A DNA stretch of 64,000 nucleotides from Pedobacter sp. (lineage in GTDB: Bacteria; Desulfobacterota; Desulfuromonadia; Desulfuromonadales; Syntrophotaleaceae), in the NCBI GenBank assembly GCA_050253415.1, contig JBFWJC010000001.1, forward strand, positions 1,384,679 to 1,448,678, in the 5' to 3' direction. The stretch's first letter is position 1. Each line of letters starts with the position of its first letter. Under the pieces are notes generated by a model. The model was given only the letters and a program-made list of their open reading frames with translations, had not been told where the DNA came from and did no database searches. The position numbers and the translations under genes were made by a program. Shown in pieces: positions 28,094-37,085 of this stretch.

Positions 28094-29977
28094 ATGTTGA
28101 TTTTTTTCCCGAGGCTTCTTCCCGATGAATTATTTTTCAGTGTCTGCGGTCGATATCACAGAGATCTAGATGCTGGTAATGACCAAAGGACTTCACGCGA
28201 GTTATTCGGTCTCCCTATTGCCAACTTCGGCTGGGATTTCCCAAGCCGGCTTCAGGCCTTTGTTGATCAACTGCCGGGAGATCCTCCTTTAACCGCTGAA
28301 AAACTGATTGAAGAAAATACCATGTTTCCTCTTTATCGACCATTTATTACCGAAGAGAGGGCAACCAGGGTTGTTTCTGGAATGGTTGGTACAACTGGCG
28401 CTCATCGATACAACCGATGTCTTGTCGGTATGATCAATGGAAAATTTCCCCTTGTAAAATATTTAAGGTGTTGCCCCGATTGCATTGCGGAGGATGAGAG
28501 GACCTACAGGACATCCTATTGGCACAGAAGCCATCAAGTGCACGGTGTCTTTGTCTGCCACAAACATGGAAGCCCATTGCTTGAAACCAAAGTTTCTACC
28601 TTACATAAAACTGGAGAGAGCCTTTTTAAGCCCCTGAATAAGGAATTAATCAATAAACCACTGTTTTCCGAGAAATTCGAAAAGACAGAATATGAAAATC
28701 TAAAAAAATTGTCGGACTCGATATGTTGGATACTAAATAACCCGATAAAAATAATTGGGAGAAAAAACTTATGCAAACGTTATAAAAGATTCTTATTGGA
28801 CAATAATCTTTTCTTGCGAAGAAGCAGGATATCCATAGCAAAAATAATGGATAATATTCAATGTGTGTTTGGAGAAAAAATACTCAAATTGTTGTGTTGT
28901 AATTTTGAAAAAAATTTAAAATATCCTTGGATTTCCAATCTTTTTTTTAACAATAACTTTGGACCCAATCCCCTCTATCATCTCCTGCTAATTCAGTCTT
29001 TAAATCTAGACCTTAAAGAGGTTTTTCTGGCTGATTACACGGATGAAACGGTTTCTTTTGCCGATGGATTCCCTTTTGGCAAAGGTCCCTGGCCTTGTCT
29101 GAATCCGGCCTCAAATCATTATAAAAAGAATGTTGTTATTGATTGTAGAATTGAAAGAAATACAGGCGATGGTAGGCCGATCGCTATCTTTACCTGCGAC
29201 TGCGGATATGCTTATGAAAGAATAGGTCCTGATAAAGCGAAAAAAGACCGATTTGAAAAATATCGCGTAGTTCGTTACGGTGAGGTCTTCGAAGACGAAC
29301 TTTTAAGGTTGGTTGAAGGTGAAGGGAAAAAGCATAAAGAGGTCGCAGAAATTCTCGGTGTTCATAAAAGCTATGTAGGAAACATGCTCAAAAAAATAAA
29401 GGAAAGGCCATCGAAAGAGGAACAGTTGAAGAAAGAACTTGCCGAATTAGAACAGAAGCGTAATGAGTGGAGTAGGGCCATCAAAAAAAATCCGTCCCTT
29501 GGACGCACTGAGTTGGCCTGCAAATATCCTGGACTAGTGTCTTATTTTTACAGGAAAGACAGGGATTGGTTTAAAAATAATCAGCCGCCGATAAAATCGA
29601 CATCTGCCCATACCGTCGACTGGAAATTAAGAGATGAACAATTGTCATCGGGAATCAATGATGCAGTCGCTAATATAAAAGGAATGCTTCCTTTAGCCCG
29701 TGCCTCGATTTCCAGGATCGCCCAACTTTTAAATTCTGAGACTATTTTGAAATCAAACAGGCGTCTTAACAAACTTCCAAAAACAAAAAAGTTATTAGAG
29801 GAAGCTTCAGAAAGCGTGGACGATTTCCAGATCAGGAGGTTGTATTTTTTCGCAAATGAATTAAAAAAGAATGGTGATCTAAGTCGTTTCAGGCTTTTGC
29901 GGGCCTCTGGCCTTGAATACAATAAATGTTCAAAACGTGTTCAGGAAGTAATTGATCGTTTACTTAATGGAGGATGA
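28094..29977 (+). CDS. tnsD: Tn7-like target selector TnsD (TniQ plus long C-terminal region)
   Basis: FFP...PDE..FS...RYH, T.FPLY.PF, LRCCPDC, YWHRSHQ..GV.VC.KH, GPWPCLN..CDCG, Y..DRDW, DW..RD. Confidence 0.9.
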   Translation: MLIFFPRLLPDELFFSVCGRYHRDLDAGNDQRTSRELFGLPIANFGWDFPSRLQAFVDQLPGDPPLTAEKLIEENTMFPLYRPFITEERATRVVSGMVGTTGAHRYNRCLVGMINGKFPLVKYLRCCPDCIAEDERTYRTSYWHRSHQVHGVFVCHKHGSPLLETKVSTLHKTGESLFKPLNKELINKPLFSEKFEKTEYENLKKLSDSICWILNNPIKIIGRKNLCKRYKRFLLDNNLFLRRSRISIAKIMDNIQCVFGEKILKLLCCNFEKNLKYPWISNLFFNNNFGPNPLYHLLLIQSLNLDLKEVFLADYTDETVSFADGFPFGKGPWPCLNPASNHYKKNVVIDCRIERNTGDGRPIAIFTCDCGYAYERIGPDKAKKDRFEKYRVVRYGEVFEDELLRLVEGEGKKHKEVAEILGVHKSYVGNMLKKIKERPSKEEQLKKELAELEQKRNEWSRAIKKNPSLGRTELACKYPGLVSYFYRKDRDWFKNNQPPIKSTSAHTVDWKLRDEQLSSGINDAVANIKGMLPLARASISRIAQLLNSETILKSNRRLNKLPKTKKLLEEASESVDDFQIRRLYFFANELKKNGDLSRFRLLRASGLEYNKCSKRVQEVIDRLLNGG

Positions 29978-30179
29978 AATTGAGGAGTTAACAATTAATA
30001 TGCTGAGGTCTAATGCCATTCAGATGAGAAACCCGCTCATTTTCTAATCCGAGAGTTTCCTTACAACTCAGCCCCCTTGTGTCAGGATTGACTTGTTCTC
30101 CTTTTAGCCCATCGCGACCTCACTTGTTCATGGGGTGCAAAATGCGATTCTGGACCATCAGCGTTCTCTAGTGGCTCTT

Positions 30180-30452
30180 CTACTTGGCCACGAAACCAGT
30201 CGCATCCTCTATAACTTGCCATTCTGGAAGCCTGAGATCTTGGCGAACAGCCTCAAAAAAGTCATCATCCTCGGCCACCACCTTGCCCTGGCCAGAGTGA
30301 AGCTCCTCCCATCCTCGGCCGACCGATTCGTTTTTATCTTCTTCGATCATTTCAAGCAAGTCGTCTATCGGCTCAGAACGCTCCGCTTTGACGTCCTCCA
30401 TCTCCTGGATGGTCTTGAAATCGACCGCTCTGTCACTGTCTGAATTTGCCAT
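30180..30452 (-). CDS. Small acidic hypothetical protein
   Basis: GGAGG RBS before ATG 30452; 90 aa, D/E-rich. Confidence 0.55.
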   Translation of the reverse strand: MANSDSDRAVDFKTIQEMEDVKAERSEPIDDLLEMIEEDKNESVGRGWEELHSGQGKVVAEDDDFFEAVRQDLRLPEWQVIEDATGFVAK

Positions 30453-31266
30453 CAAAACCTCCTCTTTTTGACAAATTCTACCATCCCTGGCGCCAGTGGT
30501 GCTACGCATAATCTGTTGCCCCAGGAGATGCGTTTGCAAGGTGGATATATTTTTGTGCTGTACTGCGGGCATACTCACCTCTCCAGGCAGTCTCGACCCT
30601 ACTCGGCGAAGTCCTGGTCGGCCCTTGTTTACTTTTACAGATCAAAACCATCCAAAAGTTCCTAACCAAACACTTCCACCTGTTGTCGAGCAAAACCGCC
30701 TAGCTATCCCTGGCGTAAAGCAGGCCTTTCTTTTGTAGGGGAATTTGTTTGGGCGTTCCGGATTGAGGGACGAGGCCCTTATTCCACCTTTTCCTAACCA
30801 TATTTTTACCAGGGCAACTAATCGGGCAATTTCGAGTTATACACTCAGTCTACCCATTCGGCCTATAACGTCTCAGATGTCAGGGATTTCAACAAATGGT
30901 TACACCGCATGATGTTTTTTGTGATGTAACTTCCGCTCGAAATCTTAATTTCGCCGCCAACCTGTCCTAAGGATGGGGGCCACCTCTATGTAGGACCCTC
31001 TAAGAAAGGAATATTTTACTCGCGTTCATATTCGGGTAGGAGGGGAACGCAGCTTTATTGGCTGTTCATGGGAAGGGATTGATGAATAAAAAGGGAGCCC
31101 AGCCAGAAAAAAGATTGCAGTTGGATTCGCGTGGGATATTTACAAATGCCCGTTTCTAGAAATTTTTGAACATCTTCATATTTCGGTTATATTTTCTTGG
31201 ATTGCTCTGAAACCTTTTGCCGGCCATTAAAGAGTGGAGATGTTTTTCCAACAAGGAGGGTTTGGA

Positions 31267-31965
31267 ATGAAGAGAGCATTAACTATAATTGCTATTTTTG
31301 CATTTTTCATAGGGGGGTGCGCATCCATTGAAGGGACGCGAAATAAGTCCTATACTTATAAGCAAAACGCTCCCTATAAAAATTTTTCTAAGATCGCAAT
31401 TTTTCCTATCGAAGAGAGCAGCAAGTTTCCAAGTCTGCCAGACTTGCTTGAAAAAAAGGTATGTGATGAGTTAATGGTAGCCGTTCCTGGCCTCCAGGTT
31501 TTGAACTCTCCTGCATTCAGTTTTGCGCTCCATCAGAACGGTAAACTAGAAAGTTTTTCGTCTTGGTATACAACCTATAAAACAACACGATATCTGGATT
31601 ACAACAGGCTTAATGAGGTGACAGACTCTTTGGATGTTCAATACCTTCTCTCAATTCGTTCTCTGGATATCGATAGAGAAAAGATTCATGCTGTTGACTC
31701 CGGTTACTCTGGAATGGTTTCGGATGCCAACAATGTGTATCGAACCAACTTCAAATTTATTGGTGAATTAATTGATATTCAGAACAGGAAGATCGTTTGG
31801 CAAGGTATCGGCTACTCGGAAAATATCAATTCGCCCAAGCGGCCGCTCGATCTGTTTTTCATCATCAAAAATCAAAAAAATCCGGAAATCGACACTTTTC
31901 TTGGCGAAATGGTTAAAGTTGCGGCCAAGGGTTTCGTTGTGGAAATGACGAAGAGAGAAAATTAA
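31267..31965 (+). CDS. Putative lipoprotein
   Basis: MKRALTIIAIFAFFIGGC lipoprotein signal; C-terminal ELID....IVW.G resembles LpoB/CsgG-like folds; RBS AGGAGG. Confidence 0.75.
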   Translation: MKRALTIIAIFAFFIGGCASIEGTRNKSYTYKQNAPYKNFSKIAIFPIEESSKFPSLPDLLEKKVCDELMVAVPGLQVLNSPAFSFALHQNGKLESFSSWYTTYKTTRYLDYNRLNEVTDSLDVQYLLSIRSLDIDREKIHAVDSGYSGMVSDANNVYRTNFKFIGELIDIQNRKIVWQGIGYSENINSPKRPLDLFFIIKNQKNPEIDTFLGEMVKVAAKGFVVEMTKREN

Positions 31966-32057
31966 CTTTTAATCAGCGGATTTTAGAACGGTCAACTTGG
32001 ATAAGGGTGGTTCAAACGAGCCAGTTCTACCCCTGCTCCCCTCCAATCATCAAAAAC

Positions 32058-32091
32058 GAAAAGCCCTTCACATTGATTTGAAGGGCTTTTC
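32058..32091. terminator. Bidirectional intrinsic terminator
   Basis: GAAAAGCCCTTCA/TGAAGGGCTTTTC stem. Confidence 0.7.
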
Positions 32092-32273
32092 TCATATCGT
32101 AGGAATCAGGCGATTCCTAACAGCTATGCAATACAAAAAAGCATTTCCTTCGTTTACGAGAAAAGTTATTTGTTATTAGCCTACTTATCATGCGTATGAA
32201 TTAATTTGATAATGCTATAATCCACGAGGACTCAACTTATCTTCAAATAAGATCAAAGGAATAGTGCGAAAAT

Positions 32274-33077
32274 ATGAAAGATTCCGTTGAGAGGCTATTA
32301 AGTCACCGACATGCGTTTTTCTCCAAAGAAGGCGAGGACGGGGTGTTGGCGTACATTTTGTCGCGAATGCCAGATAGGACCGGCTGGTGTGTGGAATTCG
32401 GGGCGTGGGACGGCATATCTGAAAGCAATACACACTACCTCGTATCGCAACAGGCCTACCGCGGCGTGATGATTGAAGCGGACCCTCTCAAATATAATCG
32501 TTTGTGCGAAAACATGAGACGATACGGCACTATTTGCATAAACGCTTTCGTACGCCCCGAAGGAGAAAACAGGCTCGACAACATTTTGAGTCATACCACC
32601 ATTCCCGAGCAGTTCGATCTGCTGTCCATCGATGTCGACGGCGAAGACTACCATGTCTGGAGATCTTTGGAGAATTACCAGCCCAAAGTCGTCATAATAG
32701 AAATCAACATACACGACAAACCCGGGGTGAAACGCATACACAAACCAGGCTCCCCAATATTCCAAGGCAATGCCGGTGCACGCAATCTATCCACGATAGG
32801 CATCTATGGTTACAGCGGTACAAGTATCACTTCCATGACTGAACTCGCCACTCGGAAAGGATACAGCCTGCTAGCAAATGTTCACTGCAACGCAATATAT
32901 GTCAAAAGCGAATATCTGGACTTATTTCACGACAGGGAAGTTGCGCCTGAAGAGGTGTTCACCTACGAGAATTACGGCATATTAGAATTATCCATAGGCG
33001 AAATGAAACATCTTGGGTGGAAAAGAGTTGTTGCGAAGAATCATTTTTTCCAAAGGGCACTATGTCTCGCAAAGTGA
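32274..33077 (+). CDS. FkbM-like SAM-dependent methyltransferase
   Basis: S..GEDG, CVEFGAWDG..SNT, G.MIEAD, FDLLSIDVDG.DY, PKVVIIE.N. Confidence 0.75.
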   Translation: MKDSVERLLSHRHAFFSKEGEDGVLAYILSRMPDRTGWCVEFGAWDGISESNTHYLVSQQAYRGVMIEADPLKYNRLCENMRRYGTICINAFVRPEGENRLDNILSHTTIPEQFDLLSIDVDGEDYHVWRSLENYQPKVVIIEINIHDKPGVKRIHKPGSPIFQGNAGARNLSTIGIYGYSGTSITSMTELATRKGYSLLANVHCNAIYVKSEYLDLFHDREVAPEEVFTYENYGILELSIGEMKHLGWKRVVAKNHFFQRALCLAK

Positions 33078-33195
33078 AATTCAGGAAGCGAGGGGGGGGG
33101 TGGGCACATGACCTTCCTGTCGTGGTTTCGTAGTTCAATCAAATGAAAAACGATACACAATAATATTAATTAAAAATAAGGTTCCATTAGATGTC

Positions 33196-33223
33196 TTGCA
33201 TGGTTTTGGTGCAGTGATAGAAT
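33196..33223 (+). promoter_or_regulatory. Putative sigma70 promoter of the hxs operon
   Basis: TTGCAT-16 nt-TAGAAT with extended TGn -10, 33 nt before hxsD. Confidence 0.5.
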
Positions 33224-33256
33224 GACACGTCGACTAAACACGAAAGGGGGGGAGGA

Positions 33257-33607
33257 ATGGAAACTATATCTAATTTTATCAACATCACGGACTCCGGTTG
33301 TGCAAACATCACCATAGACAGCTCGTTATATGAACTAGAGGCTATCAACGCAGCGAGCTATGCTTTCACTGACAACTATCATGTTCTGGCGAAACGCGTG
33401 GATGACGCGATCGTCACCGTCATCTTCGAGTTGAAAGACAACGCTTCGCAGAGGAACATCCCTCAGGACATCAAGTCTTTTGTAAATGCGGTCATCGACC
33501 ACCAAGTTAGGCTCCAGCTCGACCGGACAAACGGAAAAATTCGGGATCTGATTGTCGCACACGCCTTTTCTCCTCTTGATCTCCATGAGGAAACCAAATG
33601 TCTTTAG
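33257..33607 (+). CDS. hxsD: His-Xaa-Ser system protein HxsD
   Basis: LY..EAI..ASY.FTD, F.N..ID..VR......IRDLIVAHAF; first gene of the operon. Confidence 0.85.
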   Translation: METISNFINITDSGCANITIDSSLYELEAINAASYAFTDNYHVLAKRVDDAIVTVIFELKDNASQRNIPQDIKSFVNAVIDHQVRLQLDRTNGKIRDLIVAHAFSPLDLHEETKCL

Positions 33608-35067
33608 ATGACAAAACCCAGAGGATACTGCCGTTTCAGTTCTCTCGATTTGATCGTGACGACTATCTGCTCGTCAACGAGAGCGGAGAATACATCTTTC
33701 TCGATAGTGTCGAATTTCGCAAGCTCGTCCAAGGCGAGATAACTCCTGACTCTCCATCCTATTTCGACTTGAAAAGCAGGCACTTCCTCAACACGGAACA
33801 TCTGGCGGAAACACTTGAGCTGGTTTCCGCGAAATACAGGAGTCGTAAGCGGTTTATCTCTAACTTCACTTCGCTGCACATGATGGTCATTACCCTAAAG
33901 TGTTGCAACGATTGCACTTACTGCCAGGTTACCGCCGAGGGCGACGACGCCCAGGGCTTCGACATGTCTCCGGAAGTAGCCCGCCGCGTTATAGACTACA
34001 TCTTCAAGTCCCCAGCGAAGGTGATAAAGATAGAATTTCAGGGAGGAGAACCTACGCTTAACTGGGAAACACTCAGGGAGTCAGTCCTCTATGCTAAAGA
34101 GGTCAACCAGAAGCACAATAAGCATCTTGACTTCGTCGTATGCACAAATCTCGTCAAGGTTGGAGAAGACCATCTCAGGTTCTTCAAAGAGCATGGAATC
34201 TCCATTTCAACCTCCTTGGACGGACCTAAAGATCTCCATGACAAGAACCGGGTTCTGCGAAGCGGAGACGGCACCTACGACGTTGTCACAAAGAACATGT
34301 ATAAGGCTTTCGACATCCTGCTCCGCGGCAACGTGAATGCCCTCATGACCACCACCGTGGACAATATCGACCATCTGCGGGAGGTCATCGACGAGTATGT
34401 GAAGCTTGGGCTAAACGGGGTGTTCATCAGGTCGCTCAATCCGTACGGCCTGGCCGTAACTAACGTAGAAAATCTCGGTTATCCGGTGGAGCGTTTTGTC
34501 GAAAACTTCGAAAAAACACTCGATTATATCATCCAACTAAACCTCACCGGCACAAGGTTTGTAGAGTTCTACACGTGCATCCTGCTAACCCGAATCCTAA
34601 CGCCTTTTTCAACAGGCTTCGTGGATCTCCAGTCGCCATCGGGCGCAGGAATCTCGGGAGCGATATACGACCACAACGGCGATGTTTATCCTGCCGACGA
34701 AGCGCGCATGTTGGCCAGGATGGGCGACCGTCGCTTCTGCCTAGGGAATGTCTTCACAGACTCCTACGAGAGCATTTTCGGCGGAGAGCTTCTTCGGGAG
34801 ATTGTCGGTAAGTCATGCGTCGAAGTTATGCCTTACTGTGGATACTGCGTGTATCGATCATACTGCGGCTCCGACCCGGTTCGCAATTACCGCGAGACGG
34901 GCGACCTCATGGGGCATCGGCCAGACAACGATTTCTGCAGAAAGAACAAGCTCATCTTCGATTTGTTGTTCAAAAAGCTCAAACGCAACGACCCCGACGA
35001 GATGGACGTTTTTTGGTCTTGGATTACTTGTCGCAGCTTGAAAGATGTGCGGGGTGAATTCGAATGA
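33598..35067 (+). CDS. hxsB: His-Xaa-Ser system radical SAM/SPASM maturase HxsB
   Basis: LPFQF, SLH..VIT..C.xxC.YCQV, KIEFQGGEP, VDLQSP.GAG, YPADEARML, C..C....YCG.DPV. Confidence 0.9.
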   Translation: MSLDDKTQRILPFQFSRFDRDDYLLVNESGEYIFLDSVEFRKLVQGEITPDSPSYFDLKSRHFLNTEHLAETLELVSAKYRSRKRFISNFTSLHMMVITLKCCNDCTYCQVTAEGDDAQGFDMSPEVARRVIDYIFKSPAKVIKIEFQGGEPTLNWETLRESVLYAKEVNQKHNKHLDFVVCTNLVKVGEDHLRFFKEHGISISTSLDGPKDLHDKNRVLRSGDGTYDVVTKNMYKAFDILLRGNVNALMTTTVDNIDHLREVIDEYVKLGLNGVFIRSLNPYGLAVTNVENLGYPVERFVENFEKTLDYIIQLNLTGTRFVEFYTCILLTRILTPFSTGFVDLQSPSGAGISGAIYDHNGDVYPADEARMLARMGDRRFCLGNVFTDSYESIFGGELLREIVGKSCVEVMPYCGYCVYRSYCGSDPVRNYRETGDLMGHRPDNDFCRKNKLIFDLLFKKLKRNDPDEMDVFWSWITCRSLKDVRGEFE

Positions 35068-36194
35068 GGCAATTCAAAGGGATAGCGAGAAACATGAAGG
35101 GGCAGGTATTTGGCATGGTGACGCGCAACCCTTTTTCACTGTCCAGGGCGAACCGAGTGCTTGTCACGGACGAACCCTCGTTATTGGCAACGGGCTTTGC
35201 TGGCCTAATAACGAAGGATCATGGCTGTGGTGTGTCACGGCCCCAGATCAAGGTTCACGACGACACCTTGGGCAGGTTCAAAGAGGGGGACTGCGTCTTA
35301 ATGGAGGGGGACGGGACCATTTCGGTCCTTTGGGAAACGAGTTCGCCGATGAACTCGCTTTTTCTCACCGAGGCTTGCGACTGCCGCTGCATTATGTGCC
35401 CACAGCCACCAAAAGAGCATGATAGGGGCTTGGTGGAAATAAGCAAGCACACTCTTTCTCTTGTCGACATCAGAAAAGATCAGGTTCTTTGCTTGACGGG
35501 CGGGGAGCCTACCCTTCTAAAGGAAGAGTTTTTCGAGGTTTTGAGGTTGATTAGCAAAAAACATCCGAAAGCAAGTACCATGATGCTTACTAACGGCAAA
35601 TCTTTTGCGGAATTCGGGTTCACCAAACGCTTTGTTTCAGAGCGACCGAAGGATTTTCTTACCTGCATTTCGATGCATGGCGACGTAGACGAACTCCACG
35701 ACCAGATCGTGGGCGTGAAGGGCAGTTTCTACAAAACGGCGATGGGGCTGCAGAACCTTGCTCGCTTCCGCGAGAAAATTGAAATACGGGTGGTGGTGAA
35801 TCGACTCAACGCCCATCGTCTCGAATCAATTGCGACCTTCATCCAGCGAAACTTTCCGTTCATCTACCATTGTACCTTCATGGCTATGGAGATCACCGGT
35901 CTGGCCAGCGACAATTACGAAACCGTATGGATCGATCCCCACGAATACCGTGATCAACTCTCTCGGGCGGTAAGCGTGCTGAACCGGGCCGACATTTATG
36001 TCTCCATTTATAACCTTCCCTTGTGTCTGGTCGAATCTAGATCCTGGAATTTTGCTAGGAAGTCCATATCTGGATGGAAGAACGACTATCTTCCGGTATG
36101 TGAGAGTTGTCTCGCCAGAGAAGATTGCTGCGGGGTTTTCACGACCTCGGGATTGCATCAAAGCCCACATATCTGTCCACCGGTGAATGTTTGA
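35064..36194 (+). CDS. hxsC: His-Xaa-Ser system radical SAM maturase HxsC
   Basis: N.LFLTE.CDCRCIMCPQPP, TGGEPTL, LTNG, HD.IVG..G.F, SIYN.PLC, KSIS.WKN.Y...C..C.....C.G.F; ATGA overlap with hxsB. Confidence 0.9.
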   Translation: MRQFKGIARNMKGQVFGMVTRNPFSLSRANRVLVTDEPSLLATGFAGLITKDHGCGVSRPQIKVHDDTLGRFKEGDCVLMEGDGTISVLWETSSPMNSLFLTEACDCRCIMCPQPPKEHDRGLVEISKHTLSLVDIRKDQVLCLTGGEPTLLKEEFFEVLRLISKKHPKASTMMLTNGKSFAEFGFTKRFVSERPKDFLTCISMHGDVDELHDQIVGVKGSFYKTAMGLQNLARFREKIEIRVVVNRLNAHRLESIATFIQRNFPFIYHCTFMAMEITGLASDNYETVWIDPHEYRDQLSRAVSVLNRADIYVSIYNLPLCLVESRSWNFARKSISGWKNDYLPVCESCLAREDCCGVFTTSGLHQSPHICPPVNV

Positions 36195-36290
36195 ATTCAT
36201 AATCTTGAAGCGAGTTTGTCTTTTGGAACTCAGGATGTACCATTTTGAGGGAAAAACTATCTCTTGCTTCAGGGGAAAGGAGGATATTCC

Positions 36291-36515
36291 ATGAAGAAAC
36301 TATTTGGGAAGATGAGCCTTATTGTCGCAGCAGCAGTTGCTCTTTTCGGCATTTCGGCGAGCAACTTGCAGGCGTCTATATCGAACATCGACGACAAGAC
36401 GCCGCTTTATCTGGAGCACGGAAAGCAAATAACCGCGGGCATTGATTTCGCCCACGGGAGTCACGTTTCGCATGGCTCGCACGAATCGCACCATTCGCAC
36501 TACTCTAGCCGATAA
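36291..36515 (+). CDS. hxsA: His-Xaa-Ser repeat precursor peptide HxsA
   Basis: 74 aa; signal-peptide-like N-terminus; C-terminus HGS-HVS-HGS-HES-HHS-HYS-SR; RBS AGGAGG. Confidence 0.9.
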   Translation: MKKLFGKMSLIVAAAVALFGISASNLQASISNIDDKTPLYLEHGKQITAGIDFAHGSHVSHGSHESHHSHYSSR

Positions 36516-36554
36516 TCGCTAGGCTTTAGCACAGACACCGCTCCGGACAGATAC

Positions 36555-36596
36555 CTCCCTTAACCCTCGGCTTTTGGCTTTGGGTTAAGGGGGGAG
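36555..36596 (+). terminator. Hairpin downstream of hxsA
   Basis: CCCTTAACCC/GGGTTAAGGG stem. Confidence 0.5.
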
Positions 36597-37085
36597 TACA
36601 TTTGTTCATGCAAAAGATTCAAAGTAGATTGTCAGGATCAGAAGAAAAAGCAGACTCCGAACCATCGTCAGATATGAAACTCCTCTGCTTGAAATCATTT
36701 ATTTTTCCACTGTCTAGCTTTATCGTAACTGACCAAGTTTTATAAAGCTTGCACGGCCTAAATCCGACAAAGCTAATTTACCTGCATAAAAACAGGATTG
36801 TTTTCTTTTTTATACGATTACCAGAACATAAAACGGCCCAACCTGTTTCTCATTGGTTGGGCTGTCTTATATTTTGTCTCAAATTGGTTACGGTGGGTGT
36901 CAAGGGGTTATCAGATTATTTAAGATTTATCAGACATTGGAACCTAGGCCGGATGATCTGGTTTCCGACCAGAAGAGAGGACCTTGCATGTGGACGTGCG
37001 CTATTTAGACCGGCTTAATAGGTAATGGGTTAATAACATTTTTCTCCGAGAGTTGTCAGTGCTATCCAAGCGGGTAAATAACTTT

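Noticed and set aside
10712..31116. Identical 14-mer CCAGAAAAAAGATT at 10712 and 31103
   Set aside because: Low-complexity and short enough to be expected by chance in 64 kb
33092..33100. G9 tract upstream of hxsD as a phase-variation switch
   Set aside because: It lies about 95 nt upstream of the predicted -35 and outside coding sequence, so no mechanism is evident
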